DNA from: Nemertoderma westbladi
Lineage: Eukaryota; Animalia; Xenacoelomorpha
Direction of reading: 5' to 3'
Assembly: GCA_032718475.1 (NCBI GenBank)
Contig: JAUCBJ010004977.1
Location: forward strand, 1 to 32,041
DNA: 32,041 bases
Shown piece after piece: positions 1-11,155 of the stretch. The notes beneath the pieces were generated by a model. That model was given only the letters and a program-made list of their open reading frames with translations. It had not been told where the DNA came from and searched no databases. The first letter of the stretch is position 1. Each line of letters opens with the position of its first letter. Both the position numbers and the translations under genes were made by a program.

Positions 1-12
1 CTCTAGTGTTGA

Positions 13-210
13 GAACTGTAACTGTAATTATACTGTAACTGCAACTGTAACTGAATGATTTTGATGATTTTTTTGATACTGTAACTATAACTGTAACTGT
101 AATTGCGAATTTTGAATACTGTAACTGTAACTGAAACTGTAATTACGAATTTTGAATACTGTAACTGTAACTGAAACTGTAATTAACAAAATCCGATTCA
201 GTTCTCAATC
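13..210 (+). repeat. Subterminal (ACTGTA/ACTGAA)n array, left
   Basis: Repeated ACTGTAACTGTAACTGAA units with a ~40-bp higher-order repeat (GAATTTTGAATACTGTAACTGTAACTGAAACTGTAATT). Confidence 0.85.
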
Positions 211-1221
211 ACACAATTAACATAAATGAGCATTTAAAACAGTATTGTAATAAAGTATAGAGTATAGTTTAATAACTGAATAACTGTGGTTACCATAGGT
301 ATCATTTTTAAAACATTGTTATATAAAAGAATCTCATTTTTTCCACTTCTGAACAAAACCATAATATTACACAATAAAAAAATGACCCATTGTCCACTTA
401 GCTCAAATGTGATTTATTTGGTGAGTCAAGTAGTGAACGAAGATCTACAGTAGCATATAGTCTGTTTCAACTATTAGACTATTATCAGTCTTATCACCAC
501 TTTTGCTTCATATTAAATGTAAATGTTTTAGATAAACAAAGAAAAGTTAGGCCTAATGGTAGAGGGATATTAACGGATATATATTTTACATTATTAATTA
601 TTAATGTTACCGGTACTATTAATATCACAATCACACTAGAGGCACACTGGAAATTAAATTTTGATCAAGTTTACCATTATAAATTACAAAATTAAACTTA
701 AAAGTGAAAGGAGCAGCTTATCGAGGTGGGTCTAACCAAAACAATAACTATATGATTACTAAAACAAATTACGAATTAAGGAAAATGAGCAGGATTCAGA
801 AGCATGGCTTTTATAACCAAAACAATAAATGATAACAGTACTGTACAAGCACTGAAACAGGATGTACAGTAAAATGTTGATGCCTTTGGTGTGATCTTGT
901 GAGCGCTACTTTCAATACATACTATCAGTATATTAGTTACAAAATATTACCATAGAGTGTGTCCAACTTTCCTGCAACAACTACCTATTAGCTCTAGAAA
1001 GAGGACGTTTCGTAATGAACATTATTATTAGCGTATATTACAGTAATATATTAAAGTGCCTCATTTTTAGTTTCAGATATCTTTTTTTTATTTGGCAAGT
1101 GATTCGTTTTATTTTTTTGGGCAAGTGACTCATTGGGCAAGTGACTGCACTGCACCCTGCCCCGATGAGACTACATTAATTCAATGTCTGCTTACTACGT
1201 GAGATCATATATATTGAATCT

Positions 1222-1400
1222 ATAACTGAAACTATAACTGAATTTTATCACGATCAAAACTGTAACTGAAACTGAAATGCTCAATTTTGTAATACTGAAA
1301 CTGTAACTGTAACTGAAATGTTACACTTTGTAATACTGAAACTGTAACTGTAACTGAAATGCAAAACGTTGAATACTGAAACTGTAACTGTAACTGAAAT
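1222..1400 (+). repeat. Subterminal (ACTGTA/ACTGAA)n array, right
   Basis: Repeated AATACTGAAACTGTAACTGTAACTGAAAT units in the same orientation as the left array. Confidence 0.85.
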
Positions 1401-1430
1401 TAGTCAAAATTGATTCAGTTCTCAACACTA

Positions 1431-1534
1431 CAACTACACACACATGCCAAATACACACATATGCCAACTACACACACATATGCCAACTACACACACGTGC
1501 CAACTACACACACATGTGCCAACTACACACACAT
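1431..1534 (+). repeat. Minisatellite (TGCCAACTACACACACA)n
   Basis: About five tandem copies visible directly. Confidence 0.85.
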
Positions 1535-1572
1535 AAAAAATCAGATTTTATGTGTAAAGTTGACTGGCACTT

Positions 1573-1986
1573 GTGGGCTTCCGTAACCCGCAGACTCAGA
1601 CGTTGTTAGATATCAGGGTCGTAAACATTAACACCGAGTCGTATGCGGGACGCCCCCCAATGTGGGTCCTAGAATCTTCGGAGGACGTTAAAACCGCACA
1701 ATATGCGGAATCAGCGAGGCAGAGGAGAGCGGACTTTGCACCCTTCGTAGTCTCTTGCGATGGAGTTCTGGCACCGCAGGCCAACAAGCTCCTGAGGATC
1801 TTCGCTGATAGGTTACACCACAACTGGGACAGACCTTATAGCACCGTCATGGAGTGGGTTAGCCGCCGTGTGCAGTTCGCCATAGTTCGAGGGGCTTCTC
1901 ATTGCATCAGGGGAACGAGGCTAAAGTGGCGCAGTGGTCTGGGTAAGGAGGATGGAGCTGGATTGCCGATCACTCCACTCGTCTGA
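1573..1986 (+). pseudogene. C-terminal restriction-like endonuclease of a 5'-truncated CRE-type non-LTR retrotransposon
   Basis: GF.NPQT..LLDIRVVN...SY, E..K...Y, FAPFVVSCDG, W.RPYSTVMEWV..R.QFAIVRGASHCIRGTR match the RLE tail of CRE-clade elements. An AT-rich 3'UTR, a GC hairpin and an A-rich end (~2210) follow. Confidence 0.75.
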
Positions 1987-2175
1987 CTCTGTAAACTGAA
2001 TCTGTAAACTATGTAATGTGTTGTGCTTTCTCTTATTTGTACTGTATATGTGCTAGTCTTTTTGGAATTATAGTTACTGTAGGTTCTTTTAAAATTCTCA
2101 GTGTTTAATATTAATTGTAAATCCTGCTTTATATTATATTATTGTTAAAGCCGTTTCATTGTACTAAACGGGGGT

Positions 2176-2195
2176 TTGGGGGCGGCAGCTCCCAA
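2176..2195 (+). other. GC-rich 3'-terminal hairpin of the CRE-like element
   Basis: TTGGGGGC-GGCA-GCTCCCAA stem-loop immediately followed by AATAAAAAAATAACAAAA. Confidence 0.55.
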
Positions 2196-4477
2196 TAAAA
2201 AAATAACAAAATGAAGATAAATAAGTAGGCCTACTTAAAAAAAACCCTGATTTTTTATTCTGTTTTTTTTCCAGACATTTTCCCAAGGAAACAGTCTTTT
2301 CTCACAGACACCGGGTAGTAACGAAATTGTAAAAAATGCCCTGTACAGTTACAGTATATAAAATTCAACTGGACCACCACAATGAACCGTCAGTTATCCT
2401 GCATCTAAACTCAATAATAACTTTATATCTATATCGTAACGATACCAGTAGGCCTACTATCATGGTAGCCGCAGCACTTCATTATTTGGAATTCCTTGTA
2501 TTAATGATTTTGAACATGACTTAATTATTTTTAAAACTAATATTAATTTGATCACTCAATCACTATTTTCATTGGAAAAAGTTAACCCTAATGTTCAAAA
2601 TACAATTGCTGCAATCCATAGTTATAATATATGATCATGTTATTAGTACCTTTATATGACGGGGTGATACATTTTTTATTTTATTTCGTGCTCAAGTCGT
2701 AATCTACTGTAGCGCTTGAGAAGATTACAAATTTGAATTAAATAGTTTTATTGTATAAACAGAAATGAGGAATACCATTTTTGAACATTTTGGTTAAATT
2801 TTTCCGACATAACTCTGTTTTAGTGTAGACCTACAGTATTTACGAGTTTATATCTGATGTGTATATATCTATGTGACATAGAGCGTAATAATATGTTTGT
2901 TGATATGTTGTTTATATTAATATATTAAAAACATTAAGAGTCTCTGTATTAATTTGTTTACATGTCATTGTGGGGGGGGTTGCAACAAAGAGTATCAAAC
3001 CAAACACAAGTGTATAGCATACAGTACATCACTCACTATGATGTTCTATTTGTTGTTTCTCTCGTCTGGGGGGGGGGGGGGGGGGGGGTGTCATCACTTA
3101 CTTTCATTCGCCACTCCACCACTCTTCCCATAATATTTATTTTTCAAAAATAATTATTACTTAAAAAAATTAGCGACGCAGGTTCTAACTAGTGCCAGGA
3201 ATATATAGATTACAGATATATGCTAGATTTGTAATGCGCATGTTATTAGTTCATTGCACTTGCAAAGCGCTTGCATATATCATTGGTTACATATAAAGCA
3301 CGTTTATATATCCTGTAATACTTGTCAGTCACATAGCAACAACTTACTAAACATTATAAACTTGCAATGTCATTTTTATGAAATTGGGAAATTTGTTAAG
3401 TACTTTACTCACCCTTGGCACCAGCGTTGCTAAGCGTTCTAAGTCTTACTAAGCAGACTTGTTTAGAACTTAGGAAATATACTAAGAATTTCAACCCGGG
3501 CTAGCATTATAATTAGTTTTGTATCCTCTTGCCCCGTTTTTTCTACAATATTTAGTCATATTAGGCTAACATAAATACAATTCAAAATTAGGTAGTAAAA
3601 TTTTGTAACTAAAATTAGCAAAAAGTAAGCCTATGGTTAAATTCTTAAATAATCATTAAATTAGATATAAAAACAGATTTGGACCTATAAAAATATATGT
3701 AATTTACTGTATCATCGCTAAAAATACATTTACACCATTCATGGAGCAGAAAATGCAATTTTACTTAACACCAGTTTATAATCAGCAGTGCTCCATTTCA
3801 ACACCAGTTAAAATTGACCATTTCAAACTTGCCTCCACGCCTGCACTGCTAAACAGTTACTATAGCCATCCATTAGTCCTGTGGCAAAGCTGTGGATATC
3901 ACTTGGCTCTGATTGGCTAGAATTCTTAACTTCACTCTCTCAGGAACTTATCCAAGTCCCCTTCAATATCCAAGTCACCCGCTTTGACGGTACTAAGCAC
4001 GTTGAACTGGAGCTTGAACAATTCCCCCTAGTGGCAGACTGGAACTGTAAAAGTCTGTCTGTGTGTATATGTGTACCAAGTTTGGTTCCATTTCATCCAT
4101 GATTGACTGACTCATTAGCGTTCAAACATTCCTGCCACAAAGGTGACAGAAGATATAATGACATAAATACTATATCCATGGCATGGCTGTTGTAGGCTTA
4201 TATCTGAAATAGTTTATTCCGCAATATATTTGTCTGGTTATTTTTTAATTGAATTTTTGCAAAGTAGTAAAATTAATGTTCTTAAAAATAATATTATTAT
4301 TTTATATGTAACCTAGAAAATTATCTACATTTTTTCGCTACAGCTTTAAGAGTGTACATTGATTTAATATTATTTCAATACCCATATTACTACATCGGCA
4401 TAAGATGCGTTGGCGTTGTATCACACATCTCCACAAAGATGTATCAGCAGTTACTCGCACAGTGTCGAAACTTCGCA

Positions 4478-4780
4478 TAAGATCGTCAGTCTTGGTTTAG
4501 GAAAAATATTTTAATGCAAAACAGGACGAGAGACGAGCGCAACAGGGCATATAATGAAGACGAGTACTGTGTAGACTATATTCCTATAAACCATACCTGG
4601 CTTCGCCTATTTAAGGCGATTTTTTAGATTAAAAGGGGTGAACACGTACTGTCCCCCTTTCTTTGATTGATTGGTGGTGTGGGTAAATTTCTCAAAACCT
4701 GAGTTTGTGATACAGTCGCTCAATTTTAATTTGTATCTCATAACTGGGTCTCGTGCTGCGCGAAGGCCCCACGAACGTGT
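4478..4780 (+). repeat. Left arm of a diverged long inverted repeat (partner 6715-7094)
   Basis: AGATTAAAAGGGGTGAACACGTACTGTCCCCCTTTCTTTGATT and CTCGTGCTGCGCGAAGGCCCCACGAACGTGT are reverse-complemented within 6715-6870. Confidence 0.85.
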
Positions 4781-5079
4781 CTGTGTTCGGAACTGGTCAG
4801 ACATTAATACTAATCTCTCCATGGCTGCATGGAGGGAGAAGTTTACATAATTTAGAGTAATGGAGTCAATATAATCGTAATTTACATCTTAAAATGTAAA
4901 ACCGGAGTTATTGAGATTTTGTATACTGTAATCAAATCGCAATCCAACACTGCATGCCAAATTTCAGAAAAAATAAACAAAAGGGGACAGAAATAAAATG
5001 CACAAACACACACACATTGCTTTAGTATTATAGATAGTTGCTTAGAATTGACATATCTGAACACCTTATACTTGAAATA

Positions 5080-5935
5080 ATTATAATCATTTGTTATAGT
5101 ATATGCATTCCAACTATGGAGACATAAGCACAATGCTTGAATGCTAAGGTGGAGTAATCCGCCGCAGCTGGAAATATTGACATATTCCCTCACGTCTCCG
5201 GATATCAGCACGTCTTCTTGTTCAACATATTGGATGTTTTTTTAAATTTACTAGCTATTTTAAAATTAAAAAAAAAACTAGCCATATGTTCTAGAACATT
5301 ATATTTTTTATTTTATTATGTTCTAGAATAGTATATAGTACTTTTCTATTGTTCTAGAACTCTACAATATTGCCATAGTAACAATGACATATGTTTTAAA
5401 AATGCAGATCTATACGGAACTCTAGCCTTTTAATTTATGACGTCGTAATGTCAGAATGGATGATAAGAGAGAGTGCTCTAACTTTCCTCTCATTTTGGAA
5501 TAATTGATTACATGAAAGGTAATAATTACCTCCATTCATTTGTCTGTAACGTCCAAAGTGGAGCTCTAGGGGATCTTACAACATCTTACGTGTTACGAAC
5601 ATAATTAAACCTTTACTCATCCAGACAGCACCTTACTACATTGACTAAAGCGTTCGTCGTATGAATAAGGGCTTCGAAAGTTTCATTTGAAAGGGCACTT
5701 TTAGATTTTCTATCCATTTAGCTAGAGGTCCTCCATGTGGTGAGGGACCTTGAAACGTTGCGCAGAAAATTAAGTCGATCATCGGTAGTCGAATATATTG
5801 GATATTTGGAGAGATCGCGTTTCCGAGAACCTGCTGTTGTTGTTTCAACATTGACTACATTTCGATAACTTCACAGTGAATGATACGAAATCTGCAGTAA
5901 CTTTTAAGTCAAATACATCACATTGTTGTTGGCAA
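5080..5935 (-). pseudogene. P-element (THAP9-like) transposase relic, C-terminal catalytic part
   Basis: Manual translation with stops/frameshifts: VNVETTTAGSRKRD..YPIYSTTDDRLNFL, ALSNETFEALIHTTNALVNVVRCCLDE*RFNYV, DPLELHFGRYRQMNGGNYYLSCNQLFQNERKVR (~5574-5470), and EYVNISSCGGLLHLS further downstream. These resemble P-transposase motifs. Most of it is missing from the ORF track. Confidence 0.75.
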
Positions 5936-6714
5936 AGCTAAATATAATTTTTAAAAATACTAGCTAGTACAAAAATACTAGCTAAAATTGTCTCCAAAAC
6001 GTAACTGTTTGATGTAAAACTTCTCTTAGTAAAGAAAATATGATATTTTGAATTTTGAAAAATAACTAATTTTTTTATAGAAATGTTCTAGAACAAAAAA
6101 TATTTGTTCTAGAACAAAGTTTTATTTAGTTAAATAACTAACACACTCTAGAACATTTAAAACAAGTAGCAAAAACTAGCTAGTATAAAAAATTTGGCAT
6201 GGTAGGTAAGGTGTACGCCTATCGAAACAGTACCCACTGTACATTGTATCGTAAATACTGAACTGAACTATAAATATGTCATGTCGAATACAGACACTCA
6301 CATTATTATGTAGCTGCACTATGTGAGGAAATACAATAAATAGCTAATTATTAGGGTATGTGGGGGGGGGGGGGGGGGGGGGGGAATTGAGTTGAATTCG
6401 GATATTATGGTCGCTTTTTTTGTCTACTATTTTACTTCAGAAATACATGTCATGTTGTCAATAATACTTATAAATTTTATATGGAATGTATAAAAGATCA
6501 AACAATAATAATTGATTTAAGCAAACGTCTTAATAATATGCAGGCCTACAAAAAGATAAAAATTAATTATGACCTATATAATAATCACTAAAAACGTGTA
6601 TATTATGTTCACAATTATTACTAATTAATAAGTAGGCCTCAACTGGTATTTTTATTTTGCCTATAGCTACCTAGTTTCCAGTCCTGGTACAGATCAGTCA
6701 GTTGGTCAATCCAA

Positions 6715-7094
6715 ACACGTTCGTGGGGCCTTCGCGCAGCACGAGGCCCAGTTATGAGATACAAATTAAAATTGTGCGACTGTATCACAAAATCAGGTTA
6801 TGAGATATTAACCCACACCACCAATTAATCAAAGAAAGGGGGACAGTACGTGTTCACCCCTTTTAATCTGCACACCCCCCCCCCCCCCTCCCCCCACCCA
6901 CCAATACATAACCGCGACATCTACCACCCACGGAAGGGTAGCACGAACTTATTTCCAAACGCACGTTCAATATGCAAAGCCAGGTGGTTTATAGGAATAT
7001 AATCAATGCAGTACTCGTCTTCATTATAATCCTCTTTGCGTTCGGCCTGTTTTGTATTAAAATATATTTATTAAACGCAGGCTGACGCTCTTTA
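6715..7094 (-). repeat. Right arm of the long inverted repeat (partner 4478-4780)
   Basis: Reverse complement of 4478-4780, with an extra poly-C-containing insert at ~6870-6965. Confidence 0.85.
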
Positions 7095-7106
7095 TAATAA
7101 TAATAC

Positions 7107-7350
7107 CTAGGGATGCCAGCTTCCAGACTTTCAATCTTTACTGCCGCGCAAACCCCGCAGAGGAAGATTTGGTTTGAGAGATCAAGCCCATCGGCAATTG
7201 GTGTTTCAATTTCGGTCCAGGAACTCTGACAATGGGAGCATTCAATCTTAGCTGTGGTCCATTCCCGTGGTTTCGGCTTCCTTTTCTTCGTCCCAATGAC
7301 AGATTCTTCTGAAGACGTTCGATTCGCTTTCAGTTTATTGTTGGCGTTTG
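7107..7350 (-). pseudogene. 3' half of a reading frame split by the LTR element; Cys4/PHD-like finger
   Basis: Reads NANNKLKANRTSSEESVIGTKKRKPKPREWTTAKIECSHCQSSWTEIETPIADGLDLSNQIFLCGVCAAVKIESLEAGIPR, in frame with 19732-19905 across the TSD. Possible donor AG|GTATT at 7107/7106. Confidence 0.6.
7346..7350. repeat. 5-bp TSD GTTTG (left)
   Basis: Identical to 19732-19736; flanks the TG...CA LTR termini. Confidence 0.92.
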
Positions 7351-8521
7351 TGTACGCGCTTTTGAAGACCTTTAGCAGTTCAACCTGCCAAAATTTATAT
7401 GTCTTTTGGTTTATAAATAGACTTTAGAAATTGACAAATATTTAATACCAATAAACACAACATTAGCAGAAGCCAGCCTAGTGCGCGTCCATTCACCCAC
7501 TGGATATACCCGGGAGACTGGATTCTGAGGGCTTAGATTATTATTGCAGTGTAAGCTTACTGTATTATTCGATTGATCGTTAATAAATAATTTCTGACCA
7601 ATATTATTCACTTTCGGGAAATATTAGCAGTTCCTTTAGGACGTGGCGCTCTATCTAGGTAAATAGAGATATGACTTGTACTAAACACAACGGTAAGTCG
7701 GTAAGGCTTATGATTCACGTATGAGGCGCATTCTTTAGGAAATGCTTAGTTATCAGCCACAATCATGCACACTACCGGTAACACACAATACTGCTCACTA
7801 ATTTGCCGACCGTCAATGAATTTTATCATATATAAAGAGAACAGCAACTGACTCATGTAGTGCTTATCAAATAGCATTAAATTCACTACAAACCACAATA
7901 ATATAAGTCGCAATCGCTATATGTAACCCGTCTCTCTAACCTGTAGTGTATCAAGAAAATTGGGAAATTTGGGTTCTTTATAGATGTTCTCCAAATAATA
8001 TTCAACCAACTGATACAAAATATGACAACAGTAAATAGCAGTATAATAATGTATGTTGAACCGATAATGTGAGACTGAACTGAGATAACAGTTATACACT
8101 CTATAATTTAAGCCTACTAATGTTTCTTCTAAAGTCTGAAACGAATTGACTCTAGAGCCGGTGTTCCTGGCCTAGATAGAAACAACACAACAGTATCACA
8201 AAAACAGTAAGACAGAACACTCCTAGCACGATCTGCCAAATATCTCCACATCGACAGAAAAAATCGCTCTGATTGGCTGTTAAGCTAAACAAAGAACCAT
8301 GTGTCCAATGGCCGTTTCCATGTCAGCAACCAGCTGTTAGATGTCGTAATCTGAATCATCAAGGCTAAGCTGTGCCAGGGTATTTGACGCATTGCGGGTT
8401 TTTTGCCTTACCATGTCCGCCAAAGCACACATATAGAAGAATGACTTTTATGTCCGCTAAAACACCTATAATGGTACCTTGCGGGCGAGGGGGACTGATT
8501 ATATCCGCAAAAGCTTTTACA
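7351..8521 (-). repeat. 3' LTR
   Basis: Direct repeat of 18561-19731 at constant offset 11210. Nine substitutions and no indels counted by eye. Imperfect terminal IR TGTAnnnGCTTTTG. Confidence 0.95.
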
Positions 8522-8529
8522 CCGCTCCC
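8522..8529 (-). other. Short polypurine tract
   Basis: Minus-strand GGGAGCGG directly abuts the TG start of the 3' LTR. Confidence 0.55.
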
Positions 8530-8599
8530 AGAAAATGGGATTCAAGTTTATAAATATACAAAAATCACAGTTTCTAATATATGTAAATACTTTAAACAG

Positions 8600-10048
8600 T
8601 TAGCCTTTCTTGCGCGGACGGCGTTTACGCAGTTTTTTAAAGCTGGCCAGAGTCCTTTTCTCTTTGGGGCGAGCCACTTTACAAGGAGGGCTATAACTCC
8701 TGGGTGAAGGGTGCAATATGATTGCATCAGAGGGTGTAGGATTATGGTCGGTGTATCCGCCAGTCGAAGTACCGGGTTGATTGACATCAACGTCGGGGGA
8801 GAGGGGTCTAACGGCTTTGAGAGCTCGTTTTAAGACAGCCGCTCTTACGGGTCCTTTACGAGTGGTCTGAACGAGAGCCGTGGGTGGACCATAGGCAGTT
8901 AGAAACCTCCGGGGTTTAATGGTTCTTTCCAACTCGCGTTCGCGGGCTCGGTATTCGTAAGGCCGTCGATATACTTCCTGTAACTCGGGGTGTGAGTTAA
9001 TAAATAAGTCTCCATAGTCCGGATCCTGACGGATATAATTGATTAAGTTATAGGAATGAAGGTCGCTAGGATTAACACTCCTGAGAAATTTGCGTACGAA
9101 TTTGGTTGAAATACATTCTCCGACGCGCTTCAGTAGCTCGTAACTCGATATGCGTGATTTCTGTTCGACAGAAGCGAATAGATAAGGATGGAACGCATAA
9201 ACTCCTTCATAAGCGCGTCCAGGATAATAACGATGGCGCGAATCACAATGTAAATCAGCGTTCGCTTCCCAAGCTCTGATGTAACGTAGTGTGATCATTT
9301 CATCTACGCTTTCCAAATCGTGATTAAAAGGGCAATCAAAACTGGCGTGTCCCTTTAGTTGACAATGGTGACATTGAGTCATAAATTGAGGGCAAACCGC
9401 AAAAATGTGCAAGTTATTGAGTCTGCAATACGCACAATAAATTTCCATCACCGGTTGTTCGTGGAAATAGGAACAGCGGACGTTTGTGTCCATGGGCGTA
9501 ACATGGTCTCTCGATGCGCATAACCGACAACGTTGCCGAGAAACATAGTTGGCATGGCGATAATTGTACGCAGTGAGACACTGTGGACCTTGATACCATT
9601 CTAGGATGTAATCGTTGTCGCTGTTCCGGGCGCGATAGGCTGAATCTCCTCAGATTCTAGGCATATTGGTTCGTCTTCCCAGTCTGTTACGAATAGAATT
9701 TTCGTGATCTATTCTCGGTTTATCGTTACGACTCCGCTGGGTATGATATTTAAATGGAACCATTTCCCTTTCGGTGTCTACATCGTCCGTATCATGTAAA
9801 TCGATAGGATGGCCGGTAGTTAGGAAGTCCATATACGTACTATTACGATGCGTATAGCGAGCGGTGAATTTTCGATAGTCCAATTCACGCGTAAGTTGCT
9901 CTTGGGACATCGGCGGTTCGATATAACGACCATCGTCCTCCGTAATGGTTGGATCGGTTTCACCGCGTATCAAGCTATCCACAAATGCTTGTAAAGGTAG
10001 AGTATATCGCTCCCTGATACCAAGATCATCTTCTATCAACTCCGTCAT
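8600..10048 (-). CDS. Accessory ORF3 (~482 codons) with three Cys/His knuckles and a basic C-terminus; one in-frame TGA at 9650-9652
   Basis: Track ORFs 9650-10048 and 8600-9493 share a frame, and the gap is open (GDSAYRARNSDNDYILEWYQGPQCLTAYNYRHANYVSRQRCRLCASRDHVTP). Motifs CRLCASRDH..C, CAYCRLNNLHIFAVC, CHHCQLKGHASFDC. Ends KKLRKRRPRKKG. Confidence 0.75.
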
Positions 10049-10865
10049 ATCTGCTATCTGAGTTTATTAATATCGAAAAGAGTTTATGTTTAGGCGAGCG
10101 GACGTCGCTGCCTACCTCTCTTTGCCCCCGGACAGTGGGATCCTCAGCGCCGATGTACCGTCGTCGCGGTGTTTACGCCAACATGTAGCAACAGCACGAC
10201 AACGATAACCGGCACAAGTCACTCCACTGTCCGTCCCAAAGGCTTGGATCCACTTGAGGTTCTTTCTAAAGGAGAGTTGGGCTACTTTTACGATTGCGAC
10301 TAGCTACTGTAAACATACTTTAGCAGTAACATTCACCTATAAACGCACAAATTCCACACAACTGTCACCAATTGTACACATACAGGCCATTTGTCCGTTA
10401 GTCAGTGCCTTCCAGAATGTCACGTTATTACTGTGTATCCTTGGATACTAACAGTGTGCTATGTATTCTCTATGCTATGCAATGGGACAAGCTTTCTATT
10501 GTTCTTTTAACTTGCTTCTAATTCTAGCGTGGGTGTTGCTATGGTGACATTATGGAAAGCTAGCGGTAGAATTAGAGTAATTCTCATGCATACAGATCTG
10601 GAATGCTATTTAATAGTAATTCTTTAATTGTCAATATCCTCCTTATGTATGATTTTATTAATTTTATCGGCTATTGACTATATGTTGGAGATTCTCGCAC
10701 TCTAATACACTCAATAGGATGAATCTCCGCTCCCATGATCTATTAATTAATGGAATTTTGGGAATGTTATAAATTGCACAAATGACAATTTATGAAATTC
10801 ATTTAAGATATGAATTTAAATTTATTCCCGTGAATTTTATTATTTGATGGTAAAATTGACACAAT

Positions 10866-11155
10866 TTTATTCCAGAGCATGTCTGGGGACCTAGGATCCT
10901 TAATTCTGTAAAATTGTCTTTTAAGAGTATCGGTAAGTGCTGCGATATCTTAATTGACTAGAAATTTTAAAGGATCTGAATTTTACAGATTTTAATAAAT
11001 ATTAAATTAATATTTAAGATGGGCACCGATTTATTCCAGAACTTGTCTGGGGACGTTAACCACTGATTCTAGAATTTGTCTTTCAAGTATATCGGTGGGT
11101 GCCGCGATATCTTAATCGACTAGAATTACAGATGGTCAAAAGGTTTAACAGATTT
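10866..11155. repeat. Diverged tandem duplication (~164-bp period) between pol and ORF3
   Basis: TTATTCCAGA..TGTCTGGGGAC...TTGTCTTT.AAG..TATCGGT..GTGC.GCGATATCTTAAT.GACTAGAA occurs at ~10867 and ~11031. Confidence 0.8.

Larger units (their letters stand above)
4..1430. mobile_element. Non-autonomous TIR DNA element (possibly hAT-like) with (AACTGT)n-rich ends
   Basis: Perfect 15-bp TIR: TAGTGTTGAGAACTG (4-18) / CAGTTCTCAACACTA (1416-1430). No ORF inside. TSD cannot be checked at the window edge. Confidence 0.65.

Noticed and set aside
1094-1160. GGCAAGTGA x3 (similarly ACAATTCAGCCACCGT x2 at ~31729-31760) as transposon ends
   Set aside because: Only one end is visible and there is no TSD, so they cannot be called.
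4455-4500. Hammerhead ribozyme (CTGACGA on minus strand)
   Set aside because: No stem II followed by GAAA could be built.
5645-5851. 68-aa ORF MLKQQQQ...
   Set aside because: Wrong frame; the transposase similarity is in another, stop-containing frame.
6362-6384. Poly-G/C tracts (also ~3067, 6875, 20900, 21719, 31866)
   Set aside because: Simple homopolymers, partly inside MITE arms; no further evidence of function.
7411-8521. Short ORFs in the LTRs (66 aa, 60 aa, MPGYLTH...) and their twins at 18621-19731
   Set aside because: They recur only because the LTR is duplicated; no motifs.
8600-9493. Nanos or Env identity for ORF3
   Set aside because: CCHC spacing is knuckle-like rather than Nanos-like, and there is no signal peptide or TM segment.
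9414-9599. 61-aa CxxC ORF
   Set aside because: Out-of-frame overlap of the longer ORF3 frame, which explains the region better.
9650-9655. Programmed read-through or selenocysteine at the TGA
   Set aside because: Context TGA-GGA is not a typical read-through motif and no SECIS was recognised; CGA->TGA decay is simpler.
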